64,000 nucleotides of DNA from Planctomycetota bacterium (GCA_019636275.1 JAHBXY010000010.1:7785-71784), one strand, 5' to 3'; counted from the stretch's first letter, positions 28,778 to 37,926 are shown. Numbers and translations are program-made. The notes: generated by a model not told the origin, from the sequence alone.

Positions 28778-29002
28778 GTGAGCGAGCCGGGTCCGACCCG
28801 CCGCCAGCGCGCGGTCGAGGAGGGGCTCCGCTGGTGTCACCAGCGGGGCGTGCAGATCGAGTGGCTCGACCGCGACCGCGTGCTCTGCCGCGTTCAGTGC
28901 GTCGTCGAGCCCTCGGCGCGGATGATCACGATCATCGCGCCCAGCTTCCTGGACGCCTACATGGAGCTGCGGGCCGAGCTCGAGCGGCAGGGGGCGTCCT
29001 GA
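28778..29002 (+). CDS. Small hypothetical protein
   Basis: Starts 1 nt after the previous stop; coherent codon usage. Confidence 0.55.
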   Translation: MSEPGPTRRQRAVEEGLRWCHQRGVQIEWLDRDRVLCRVQCVVEPSARMITIIAPSFLDAYMELRAELERQGAS

Positions 29003-29281
29003 CGGTCGGTCGGCGATCGGGAACGCGCCGGGCGTGCAGGGCGCGCAGCCGGGCCACGAGGCCCGAGCCCGCGCCGTCCCGGAGGTCCAGCGCGACCGCC
29101 CCGGGCGACCGCTCAGCGCGACCGCCCAGCGCGACCCCGAGGAAGTCGGAGCGCGCGGGGCGGCGGCGGCGAGGGCCGCGCGCGCCCGCGCACTCCTGGG
29201 AGGCGTGGCCGCGCGGCTCAGGGCCGCGCTGATCCGCGCGCGCTCCTGCGAGTCTGCGCCGACGACGAGGACGACGGCCAC
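29003..29281 (-). pseudogene. Decayed copy of the REC domain of the kinase at 25751-27052
   Basis: VAVVLVVGADSQERARIS vs VATAVVVDADPQERARVA; DNA cactcctg..ggcgtggcc shared; frameshifts, kinase domain missing. Confidence 0.75.
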
Positions 29282-29384
29282 GGTCCTTCGCCCGGCGCGG
29301 CGCCGAGCAGAGAGGGCTCCACGGCCCGTGGCCTCTGGGTCACGGGTCGTGGACCCCGCCGCGAACTCCTGCACGGAGCACCGA

Positions 29385-29551
29385 CTGACCGCGCTCACCG
29401 GTTGATCTGAGAGCGAAGCGAGCAGATCGACCGGTGGCCCAGCGTAGGCCGCGAAGCGGCCGGAGCGAGGGCGACAGGTGCGTCACTGCGGATCGGAGCA
29501 TCGGCCCGCGCTCCTCGACGTGGGCATCACGACGAGCGACGGCCGCTGTGA
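29385..29551 (+). repeat. Interspersed structured repeat family 2, copy 1
   Basis: ctgaccgcgctcacc...gagagcgaagcgagcagatcg...ggccgcgaagcggccggagcgagggcgacaggtgc...gcgacggccgctgtga. Confidence 0.85.
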
Positions 29552-29673
29552 AGTCCTCGCCCCCACCCGATGGGTGGATCGTCCGCGCAGCCGTCCGCGC
29601 TCGACGCGGCCGCGCCAGGAGATGCGCGCGGACCGGAGAGTGCAGCGGCGCCGCGCCACGAAAGGAGTCGCCG

Positions 29674-30390
29674 TTGAGCGCTTCGCGCGTTGCCTCGCTG
29701 CCCGCGCTTCGCCTTCGCCGCCGCGGATCGGTCACCGCCCGCCTCGCCCCGGGGGAGCGGCTCCTGATCGGCCGGGCCCCCTCGGCCGACCTGACGCTCG
29801 CCGACCCGAGCGTCTCGCGCCTGCACGCCCGGATCACGTGGCCCGAGGGGCGGCCGCGCCCCGTGGTCGAGGACCTGCACAGCGCCAACGGCGTGTGGCT
29901 CGACGACCGGCGGGTCGCCGGGAAGGCCGAGCTGCGCGACGGCGTGACGTTGCGCCTCGGCACCTACGCGCTGGAGGTGGAGCTGGGCGACGACGCGCCG
30001 CCGGCCCTCCTCGACGACGGCGGCACCGTGCGCGTGCGGCTGTTCTCGGAAGCGGGGCCCGAGCTCTCGGGGCAGCTCCGGGATCCCCAGGACCTCCGCG
30101 ACCTGCTCCTCGACCTCGAGGCGCGTCGCCGCACGGGCACGCTGGCCCTGCCCGGGCGCGGGCAGGTCGTGTTCGCCCGCGGCCGCGTGGTCCACGCGGA
30201 GACCTCCCGGGCCAAGGGCGTCGAGGCCCTGGGCGAGCTCCTCACCTCCGCCGCCACGGGTCCGTTCCGCTTCCAGCTCGACGTGGCCCCCCTCGAGAGC
30301 CGTCTGGACGTGTCGATCCGCGCCGTCCTCGAGCGCGCGATGACGCCGACCGAGCGGCTCGGGCGCGGAGACCGGAGCCGTGCGTCATGA
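29674..30390 (+). CDS. FHA domain + DUF4388/PATAN-like protein, copy 2
   Basis: AAGGAG SD, TTG start; colinear with copy 1, intact. Confidence 0.88.
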   Translation: MSASRVASLPALRLRRRGSVTARLAPGERLLIGRAPSADLTLADPSVSRLHARITWPEGRPRPVVEDLHSANGVWLDDRRVAGKAELRDGVTLRLGTYALEVELGDDAPPALLDDGGTVRVRLFSEAGPELSGQLRDPQDLRDLLLDLEARRRTGTLALPGRGQVVFARGRVVHAETSRAKGVEALGELLTSAATGPFRFQLDVAPLESRLDVSIRAVLERAMTPTERLGRGDRSRAS

Positions 30391-30499
30391 CGCGCACGAC
30401 GGTTCGAGCGGGTGACACCCGCGGGGACGTCTCCGCGGGGACCGTGCGGGCATTTCCGCTCTTGCGCTCGTCTCGAGCGATCCCCCAGGCTTCCTGATC

Positions 30500-30784
30500 A
30501 TGGCCATCGAGCGGACACACGGCTCCGGCAGCCTGATCGACGTCCTCGACCGCGTCCTCGACAAGGGCATCGTGATCGACGCGTGGGTGCGCGTGTCGCT
30601 CGTCGGGATCGACCTGCTCACGGTCGAGGCGCGGGTGGTCGTCGCCTTGATCGAGACCTACCTCAGGTTCTCCGACGCGGTCAACCAGGCGACGACGATC
30701 GCCCGGCCGGCGCCGACCGACGAGCCGGCCCTGGGGACCACGGGGCGGGCGCCCAGGTCGCCGGGGCGGCTGGCGCCCGTCTGA
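30500..30784 (+). CDS. gvpA: GvpA family protein, copy 2
   Basis: Same core as copy 1; VVALIETY instead of VVASIETY. Confidence 0.95.
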   Translation: MAIERTHGSGSLIDVLDRVLDKGIVIDAWVRVSLVGIDLLTVEARVVVALIETYLRFSDAVNQATTIARPAPTDEPALGTTGRAPRSPGRLAPV

Positions 30785-30965
30785 CCGCGCTCACCGCTCG
30801 ATCCGAGAGCGAAGCGAGCAGATCGAGCCGTGGCGCGCATCCCCGAGCGAAGGCCGCGAAGCGGCCGGAGCGAGGGCGACAGGTGCCTCACTGCGGATGG
30901 GAGCGGATCGGAGCAAGGGTCCCGCTCCATGACGTGGACGTCAACACAAGCGACGGCCGCTGTGA
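30781..30965 (+). repeat. Interspersed structured repeat family 2, copy 2
   Basis: Same motifs as 29385-29551; begins at the gvpA stop codon. Confidence 0.85.
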
Positions 30966-31081
30966 GCGCGACGCGCGGAACGCCCTGTGCGTACCGGGTG
31001 GGGTCTCGCCGGGAACGCGCGACTTACGGCGCGCAGTTTCTCTCGGCGCGAGGTCCTCCGCGGGAGAATGGGGCGGCGGCG

Positions 31082-31270
31082 GTGTCGAGCGGGCTCCGGT
31101 GCGTGGTCTGCCGGGTGGTCTCCGCGCGGCGGGTGGTGATCGAGCCCTCCCGGCTGCCGGTCCGCCTGTGCAGCCGCGCCTGCGAGGACGTCTACCGGGA
31201 GCGCCTGAGGGAGGCGCTGCGCGACCCCTCCGACGCCACGGCCGCCGACGACACCCCGCTGGGTCAGTAG
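31082..31270 (+). CDS. Small Cys-rich (CxxC...CSxxC) protein
   Basis: CVVCRVVSARRVVIEPSRLPVRLCSRAC; positional counterpart of 28585-28776. Confidence 0.5.
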   Translation: MSSGLRCVVCRVVSARRVVIEPSRLPVRLCSRACEDVYRERLREALRDPSDATAADDTPLGQ

Positions 31271-31273
31271 ACG

Positions 31274-32011
31274 TCAGCGCCCGATCGCCGCGCGCACCCG
31301 CTCGACGTCCGCCTCGCAGTCGGTGTGGCCCGCCTCGACGGCGGCCTGCAGGTCGGCCAGCGCCGGCTCGAGCTGGCCGGCGCGCTCGCGGATCAGCCCG
31401 CGCAGCCACAGCCCACGGCCCCGCGCGCCGTCGTCCTCGGGCGCGTGCCGGACGACCGCCTCGGCGTCGAGGATCGCGCGCGGCAGCTCGCCCAGCTCCA
31501 GCAGGCACAGCCCGCGGCTGATCCGCAGCTCGAGCTCGTCCTTGCCGCCGTCGATGCACCGCGACAGGTCGGCCGCGCCCTCGGTCCACTGGCCGAGCTC
31601 CGTGCGCACGGCGCCGCGCAGGGCGAAGAGGTCGAGGAGGAGCGCCTCCTCGCGCGTGCGGTCGATCGCCGCCCCGAGGTCGTCGACCGCCGCCTGTCGC
31701 TGGCCGAGGTGGTTGTGCGCCAGCGAGCGGGCGGCGTAGGGGAAGGGGTCGTCCGGGGTGAGCGCGACCGCGCGCGTGAACGCCTGCAGGGCGTCGTCCG
31801 GCCGGCCGTCGTTGAGGCAGGCCATGCCGCGCCGGCAGTGGTCCTCGGCCTCGGCGGCGGGGTCGGGCGCGGGCGTGGCCGCCGGCGTCGCCGGCTGGCC
31901 GTCCGGGGCGCCGGCGGGCGCTGCCGGCGCGTCGTCGCGCGCCGGCGCGGGTTCGGCCGACGAGCAGCCGGCGAGGAGCGCGAGGCAGAGCGCGAGCGTG
32001 ATCGGGCGCAT
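31274..32011 (-). CDS. TPR-repeat lipoprotein
   Basis: Lipobox LAGC; multiple TPR helices. Confidence 0.85.
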   Translation of the reverse strand: MRPITLALCLALLAGCSSAEPAPARDDAPAAPAGAPDGQPATPAATPAPDPAAEAEDHCRRGMACLNDGRPDDALQAFTRAVALTPDDPFPYAARSLAHNHLGQRQAAVDDLGAAIDRTREEALLLDLFALRGAVRTELGQWTEGAADLSRCIDGGKDELELRISRGLCLLELGELPRAILDAEAVVRHAPEDDGARGRGLWLRGLIRERAGQLEPALADLQAAVEAGHTDCEADVERVRAAIGR

Positions 32012-32033
32012 GACTTCCCCCTGGGCGCAGATC

Positions 32034-32582
32034 CTACTGGGCGTCCGCCGCGGCGTCTGGGGCCGGCGCGTCGCCCATGGGCAGGACGTGGGAGCGCCGC
32101 ACCCGCTGGTCCTCGTACCAGATCGTGCCGGCGAACGGTCGCCGGGCGACGACGAACGGGAGGAACTCGCGGTCGCCGGGCCACAGGTTCAGGCCCGGGA
32201 GGTCGCCCGCCGCCACCCAGTGCAGGTCGCCCTCGGGCCCGCCGAGCGGGCGCGCGAGGGCGTCGTCGGGCGCGTCGGCGACGAGGACCATGCACAGCCA
32301 GTCCTCGTTCTTGTGGGCCTTGAAGCTCGGGAACTGCAGCACGCCGAGCGGGCGGTAGGCCTCGAGTGGCAGGTCGAGCCCCGACTCCTCGCGCACCTCG
32401 CGACGCGCGGCCTCGACGAACGACTCGTCGGGCTCGCACTTGCCGCCCAGGCCGTTCCACTTGCCGGCGTGGTGGTCGTCGGGCCGGGCGTTCCTGTGCA
32501 CCATGAGCACCCGCCCGCCGGCGCGCACGTAGACGAGCACGGCCGGGATCACCCGGCGCAGCCCCGCCTCGAAGGCGTTCAC
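32034..32582 (-). CDS. NUDIX hydrolase (8-oxo-dGTPase-like)
   Basis: KWNGLGGKCEPDESFVEAARREVREESG Nudix box. Confidence 0.9.
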   Translation of the reverse strand: MNAFEAGLRRVIPAVLVYVRAGGRVLMVHRNARPDDHHAGKWNGLGGKCEPDESFVEAARREVREESGLDLPLEAYRPLGVLQFPSFKAHKNEDWLCMVLVADAPDDALARPLGGPEGDLHWVAAGDLPGLNLWPGDREFLPFVVARRPFAGTIWYEDQRVRRSHVLPMGDAPAPDAAADAQ

Positions 32583-33883
32583 GCCAGCGGCCGGACGATC
32601 GACACGACGCGCCGGGCCGGGTCGAGCAGGAGGTCGAGGCCGGCCTCGAGGTCGGCGAGGCCCACGGCCTCGACCGCCTCGACGTAGGCCAGGACGTCCC
32701 AGCCGTTGAGCCGCGCGCTGGTCACCTGGCTCACGACCTGCTCGACCGAGTTCCAGCTGCGCACGAAGCTGCCGTAGGCGCGGTTGCGCATGCGCGCGAA
32801 GTCGTCGCGGTCGAGGCCGCCCTGGCGCGCCTCGCGCGCCCGGTCGAGCACGGCCGCGACGAACGCGTCGGGGTCCTTCGTCTCGCCGCCGACGACCGAG
32901 TAGGCGTAGCCGCTGCGCCCGCCCATCCAGCCGTGCGAGAACGAGCCGTCGATCAGGCCCGAGGCGTAGTGCGCCTCGTAGAACGCCGTCGAGCGCCCGT
33001 AGAGCAGCTCGAGCAGCAGCCCCTGCACGAGCGAGCGCCGGAGCAGGTCGGCCCCCGCGGCCGCGGGCGCGTCCTTCCAGCCGACGAGCACGCGGGGCGA
33101 GGCCACCGGGTGGCGCTCCTCGACCGCCGCCTCGACGACCCCCGGCGGCTCGTCGACCTCGAGCCGCTCCGGCGCGCCGGCGGCCGGCGGCGCGCCGCGC
33201 CGCTCGCGCCGCCGGGCCGCCGAGGCCTCGAGCTGGGCGAAGACGTCCTGCGGCGCGAGGTCGCCCGAGACGACGAGGAGCATGTCCTCGGGCCGATAGA
33301 AGGCGCCGTGGCACAGCTCGAGGAGGCCCTTGTCGATCGCCTGGATCGACTCGAGCGTGCCCGGGACCTCCTCGCGCACCGGGTGGCGGTGGTAGAGCGC
33401 GCGGAGCAGGTTCTGGTGGGCGCGCGCGTCGGGGTCGTCCAGGTACATGCGGATCTCCTGGGCGATCACCTGCCGCTCCTTCTCGATCTGCTCCTGGGTG
33501 AAGTAGGGGTCGGTGACGAAGTCGAGCAGCAGGTCCAGGCACTCGGGGAAGCGCTCGCTCGTGGCGAAGTAGTAGCCCGTCTCGTGATGCGTCGTGTAGG
33601 CGTTGGCCGCGGCGCCCACGCGCGCGAACTGGTCGAACACGTCGCCCGCCTGGTCCTCGAACAGCTTGTGCTCGAGGAAGTGGGCGATCCCCGCCGGCGT
33701 CCGGCGCAGCTCGCCGCCCAGGCGGAACGCCTGGTCGACGGCGCCGTAGCGCGTCGTGAGCAGGGCCACCGACTTGAGGTAGCCGGGCTTGGGCACGACG
33801 ACGACCGGCAGGCCGTCGTCGAGCGTGGCCTCGTGCAGGGCCTCGTCGAGGCGCTGGCTGGTGCGGACGGTCAGCTCGCGCAC
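32579..33883 (-). CDS. M16 family peptidase (YmfH-like)
   Basis: PAGIAHFLEHKLFE, NAYT, EKERQVIAQEI. Confidence 0.92.
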   Translation of the reverse strand: MRELTVRTSQRLDEALHEATLDDGLPVVVVPKPGYLKSVALLTTRYGAVDQAFRLGGELRRTPAGIAHFLEHKLFEDQAGDVFDQFARVGAAANAYTTHHETGYYFATSERFPECLDLLLDFVTDPYFTQEQIEKERQVIAQEIRMYLDDPDARAHQNLLRALYHRHPVREEVPGTLESIQAIDKGLLELCHGAFYRPEDMLLVVSGDLAPQDVFAQLEASAARRRERRGAPPAAGAPERLEVDEPPGVVEAAVEERHPVASPRVLVGWKDAPAAAGADLLRRSLVQGLLLELLYGRSTAFYEAHYASGLIDGSFSHGWMGGRSGYAYSVVGGETKDPDAFVAAVLDRAREARQGGLDRDDFARMRNRAYGSFVRSWNSVEQVVSQVTSARLNGWDVLAYVEAVEAVGLADLEAGLDLLLDPARRVVSIVRPLA

Positions 33884-35190
33884 GCGGCCTCCCCCTGCTC
33901 CTCGGGCTCGAGGGCGTAGGTCGTGTCGAGCCGCAGCCCCGCCGCGGCGGCGACGACCTCGTCCTTGACCACGGCGGCCACCGCCCGGCTGGCGTCGTCC
34001 GGCGCGCCGCTGCGCCCGCCGAGGGCCATGATGTAGTCGAGGTTCACGAGCTGCGCCGGCGCGTCGAGGAGCTGCCGGTAGCCCTGGGCGTAGGCCAGGC
34101 GCGTGTGCTCGAGCTCCTCGTCGGTGACCTCGCCGCGGGCGATCGCCGCCACCTGCTCGAGGCACAGGTCGCGCGCGCGGGCCACCTCGCGCGCCTCGAC
34201 GCCGCAGGCGATGAACACGAGCCCCTTGAGCCGCTCGTGCGTCGACGCGGCGTCGTAGCACAGCCCCGCCTTCTCGCGGACGTTGCGGAACAGCTTGGCG
34301 TGCGGGAAGCCGCCCAGGACGCCGTTCATGAGCAGGAGCGCCCAGTAGCCCGGGTCCGCGAGGCGCACGGGCGCGCGCAGCCCGAGGACCAGCCGCGCCT
34401 GCTTGACCGGGAGGCGCTCGGTCACGGCCCGCGGGGCGCCGGGCGCCGGGTGGTCGGTCGTCCCGCGCTGGTCGGCGCGCGCGCCGCCGCCTGCGAGGCG
34501 CGCGCCGAAGACGCGCAGGACGACCTCGCGCGCGGCGTCGGGGTCGAAGGCGCCGGCCAGGTAGACGTCGAGCGGGGCGCCCGCGAGGAGCGCGCCGCGC
34601 CGGGCCTCGAGCCGCGCGCCGTCGACGGCGGCGAGGTCGTCGAGGCGCCCGTACTCCGACAGGCCGTAGGGCTCGTCGGCGCACATGACCTGCACGCAGC
34701 GCTCCGACGCCCAGGCCGCCTTGTCGTCGATCAGCCCCTCGAGGTAGCGGCGCAGCTTGTCCTGCTCCTGCGCCACGGCGGCGGCCGGCAGGGCGCCCTG
34801 GTCGTCGCGGCGCGGGTCGAGGAGCAGGTCGGCCAGGAGCTCGAGGGCCGGCGCGAGCACGCCCTCGCCGGGCGGGAGGTAGGCGTCGCCCAGGAGGTCG
34901 AGGCGCAGCGAGAGCACCTGCTGCTCGCCGAGCTTGAGCACGTCGACCCCGAGGCGCGCCCCGTAGAGGGCCTCGAGCGCCCGGTTGACGGCGCGCATGG
35001 ACGGCAGCCGGCGCGTGCCGTGGCGCAGGACGAAGGGCAGCAGGGCGACCTCGGTCGCCGTGGCGCGGTCGAGGTCGGCGCGCACGAAGACCTTGACCAC
35101 GGCCGTCTTGAACTTGCGCGACGGCGCCAGGTGCACGCGGACGCCGCCCTCGAGCGTCAGCCGCTCGAAGCGACCGTCCCAGGCGCTCAG
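33871..35190 (-). CDS. M16 family inactive subunit (YmfF-like)
   Basis: KFKT, QARLVLG, NGVLGGFPHAKLFRNVREKAGLCY; no HxxEH; start uncertain. Confidence 0.88.
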   Translation of the reverse strand: MSAWDGRFERLTLEGGVRVHLAPSRKFKTAVVKVFVRADLDRATATEVALLPFVLRHGTRRLPSMRAVNRALEALYGARLGVDVLKLGEQQVLSLRLDLLGDAYLPPGEGVLAPALELLADLLLDPRRDDQGALPAAAVAQEQDKLRRYLEGLIDDKAAWASERCVQVMCADEPYGLSEYGRLDDLAAVDGARLEARRGALLAGAPLDVYLAGAFDPDAAREVVLRVFGARLAGGGARADQRGTTDHPAPGAPRAVTERLPVKQARLVLGLRAPVRLADPGYWALLLMNGVLGGFPHAKLFRNVREKAGLCYDAASTHERLKGLVFIACGVEAREVARARDLCLEQVAAIARGEVTDEELEHTRLAYAQGYRQLLDAPAQLVNLDYIMALGGRSGAPDDASRAVAAVVKDEVVAAAAGLRLDTTYALEPEEQGEAACAS

Positions 35191-36149
35191 GGGCGGGCTC
35201 CGAAGACCTGCAGGAGCACCTGCCGGATCCGCTCCACCGACTCGGCGGCGCCGGCGAACTCGGCCGCGGCGCGGCCGCCGACCTCGCGGATGCGCACGCG
35301 CGCCGCGCCCGCCAGGCCGGCCACGTTGAACGTGCGCACGAGGCCGGGCCGCTCGGTGCCCGCCTCGACCTCGCGCCGGCGCACGTGGACCACGCCCGTG
35401 GCCGCGCGGTGCGTCTCGTAGTGGTAGACGACGATCGAGCCCTCGCGCCGGACGCGCTCGGTGTGCACGCCGATGCGGCGGGGCGGCTTGAGCTGCTGCC
35501 CCGGGACGGGGAGGAAGGCGAGGAGGGCCAGGAGGTCGCCCGCGACCTTCACGTCGTGGCCGGGCAGGGCGTCGAGCGCCAGGCGGTCGCTGCGCGGGGG
35601 GGCGTAGGCGGGCTCGCGGGCGTTGCGCCCGAGGACCTGCACGTCGAGGCCCGCCGTGGCCAGCTGCCGGCCGATCGTCTTGCGCAGCTCGTTGGCCTTC
35701 GTCGGCTCGCTCGTCCACACGCGCACCTGCCCGAGGGCGCGCCCCGCCTGCACGGCGGCCAGCGCGCTCTTCGACAGCTCGCGCCCGGCCAGGTCGCGCA
35801 CCTGCGCGGCGTTGAGGCGCACGCGCACGTCGCCGCCCACGCCGAGGAGCTCGAGCACCCGGTGGCGCGTGGTGCCCTCGTCGATCTCCGTGGCGAGCGC
35901 CAGCACCTGCGGTCCCACCTGGTAGTAGGAGGCGCTGTAGAGGAAGCCGGCGCCGTTGTGGCCCACGTGCTCGTAGGTCGTGCCGAGCGGCTTGGGGACC
36001 GCGCCGACGACGTCGAACGAGAGCATGCGCACGAGCTCGTCCACCGAGAGCTCGAACGTCCGCGGGTGCAGCGAGAGGGCCCGTGGCTCGCTGGCCAGGG
36101 TCGACTCGGTCTCGAAGGGGTCCAGGATGACGGGGGGTGCGGCGATCAC
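35187..36149 (-). CDS. Hypothetical protein
   Basis: Translationally coupled in the operon; good codon usage. Confidence 0.7.
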   Translation of the reverse strand: MIAAPPVILDPFETESTLASEPRALSLHPRTFELSVDELVRMLSFDVVGAVPKPLGTTYEHVGHNGAGFLYSASYYQVGPQVLALATEIDEGTTRHRVLELLGVGGDVRVRLNAAQVRDLAGRELSKSALAAVQAGRALGQVRVWTSEPTKANELRKTIGRQLATAGLDVQVLGRNAREPAYAPPRSDRLALDALPGHDVKVAGDLLALLAFLPVPGQQLKPPRRIGVHTERVRREGSIVVYHYETHRAATGVVHVRRREVEAGTERPGLVRTFNVAGLAGAARVRIREVGGRAAAEFAGAAESVERIRQVLLQVFGARP

Positions 36150-36778
36150 GACGGCTCCGGCGCGCGTTCGGCGAAGAACGTGAGGTACAGCGAGACGAGG
36201 ACCTGCAGCGGGGCCGCGGCGACGAGCAGCGCCATGCCCCAGGCCGGCTTCAGGGTCAGGTTGCGGGCGAGGACGGCCAGCGGGTCGCGGCTGGCCGCCT
36301 GCGTGTCGACGGCGGCGACGTCGCCCGCGGGCGCGGCGCCCTCGGCGGAGCGGCTCGAGTCGACGCGGGCGGCGCGGAGCTGCGCCTGGGCCACGTCGCG
36401 GGCCGTGCCGAAGATCGCGTCCTGCGTGGCCACGACGCGGTGGACGAGCGCGCCCGCGGCGGCGAGGGCGACCAGGCTCGCGGCGAGGACGGGCGCCTGG
36501 ATGTCGGCGTCGGCCACGAGGTCGTAGCTGGCGAAGAAGAAGGCCACGATCGCCGCCAGGGCGGCGATGAAGGCCAGCGGCTCCATGGGGGCGGCCCGGG
36601 CAGCGTCGTAGCCGGCGTGCCGGGCGAGGTGCTGGCCGTCGACCAGCAGGTCCCACCATGGCCCCTGCGAGCCGACGAGGACGCAGCCCTGTAGGCCCAG
36701 GTGCACGGCCAGCGCCGCGCGGCGGCGCAGGAGCACGCCGGGCGACGGCGCGACGGGAGCGCGCTTGCGGCGGCTCAT
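36146..36778 (-). CDS. Hypothetical multi-pass membrane protein
   Basis: About four hydrophobic segments; 4-nt overlaps on both sides. Confidence 0.7.
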   Translation of the reverse strand: MSRRKRAPVAPSPGVLLRRRAALAVHLGLQGCVLVGSQGPWWDLLVDGQHLARHAGYDAARAAPMEPLAFIAALAAIVAFFFASYDLVADADIQAPVLAASLVALAAAGALVHRVVATQDAIFGTARDVAQAQLRAARVDSSRSAEGAAPAGDVAAVDTQAASRDPLAVLARNLTLKPAWGMALLVAAAPLQVLVSLYLTFFAERAPEPS

Positions 36779-37926
36779 CGGCCGCCTCCCTGCCGCGGGG
36801 CGGCGGGCGGGGCGCCGCTGGAGACGGAGCGCACCGACGCCGGGGTGGCCTCACGCTCGGCCGACCGCTCGGCGCGCAGGGCCGCGCCGGCGGCGACACC
36901 CACACCGAGCGCCACGGCGAGCGGCGCCAGGATGCCGAGCGGCGACGACGGGCGCCCGCGGGCGCGCGCGCTGGCCCAGGCGCCGGCGGAGCCGGCGCGG
37001 CGGCGGGCGCGCCGGGCGCGGCGGACGCCCGAGGCGTGCGGGCCGTCGGCCCGGGGGTCCGCGTCGACGCCGCCGGCCCCGTCGACGACGACCTCGCCCA
37101 CGCGGGCCTGCGCGTCCTCGAGGAGCGCCAGGGCGTCTCTGGCCGTCGCCGGCCGCTCGTCGCGCGCGCGGGCCATGAGCCGCCGCACGGCGGCCACGGT
37201 GGCCGGCGAGGCGGCGGCGTGGCCCTCGAGCCCGGGCGGGTCCTCCTGGACGATCCGCTCCATGGTCAGGACGGCGTTCTCGCCGCGGCCGTAGGGCATA
37301 TCGCCCGTCACCATGGTGAAGAGCACGGCGCCGAGCGCCCACAGGTCGCTGCGGATGTCGAGGTCGCCCGCGCCGCGGCACTGTTCGGGCGAGAGGAAGG
37401 CCACGGTGCCGACGGTCACGCCCTCGGCCGTGATCGAGCCGTCGCCCTGGGCCTTGGCCAGGCCCAGGTCGGCCAGCTTCACCGCGCCGTCGTGGCCGAG
37501 GAGGATGTTCTCCGGCTTCACGTCGCGGTGCACGAGGCCGTGCTCCTCGGCGGCCGCGAGGGCGCGCGCGACCTCGATCGCCACGTCGAGCGCCTCGTCC
37601 TCGGGCAAGGCGCCGCGCCGGGCGAGGCACTCGCTCAGGTCCTCGCCCTCGACGAGCTCCATGGCGAACCAGTAGGTCCCCTCGTGCTCGCCCGCCTCAT
37701 AGGCGCGCACGACGTTGCCGTGGCTCAGGCGCGCGGCGGCGCGGGCCTCGCGCAGGAAGCGCTCGCGGTAGTCGGGGTCGCGGGCCACGCCGCGGTGGAG
37801 CACCTTGAGCGCCACCTGCCGCTGCAGGGCGGTCTGGACGGCGCGGTACACGGTGGCCATGGCGCCCGTGCCGAGCACGTCCAGCACCTCGAACCCCGGC
37901 ACCTTCACCCGGCGCGTCTTCTTCAC
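36775..37926 (-). CDS. Ser/Thr protein kinase with C-terminal TM helix
   Basis: GTGAMATVY, VALK, HRDVKPEN, DLG, GTVAFLSPEQ. Confidence 0.92.
   Translation of the reverse strand: MKKTRRVKVPGFEVLDVLGTGAMATVYRAVQTALQRQVALKVLHRGVARDPDYRERFLREARAAARLSHGNVVRAYEAGEHEGTYWFAMELVEGEDLSECLARRGALPEDEALDVAIEVARALAAAEEHGLVHRDVKPENILLGHDGAVKLADLGLAKAQGDGSITAEGVTVGTVAFLSPEQCRGAGDLDIRSDLWALGAVLFTMVTGDMPYGRGENAVLTMERIVQEDPPGLEGHAAASPATVAAVRRLMARARDERPATARDALALLEDAQARVGEVVVDGAGGVDADPRADGPHASGVRRARRARRRAGSAGAWASARARGRPSSPLGILAPLAVALGVGVAAGAALRAERSAEREATPASVRSVSSGAPPAAPRQGGGR

Noticed and set aside
28123-30784. Complete gas vesicle operon
   Set aside because: Only two gvpA-type genes; no accessory gvp genes were recognised in the window.
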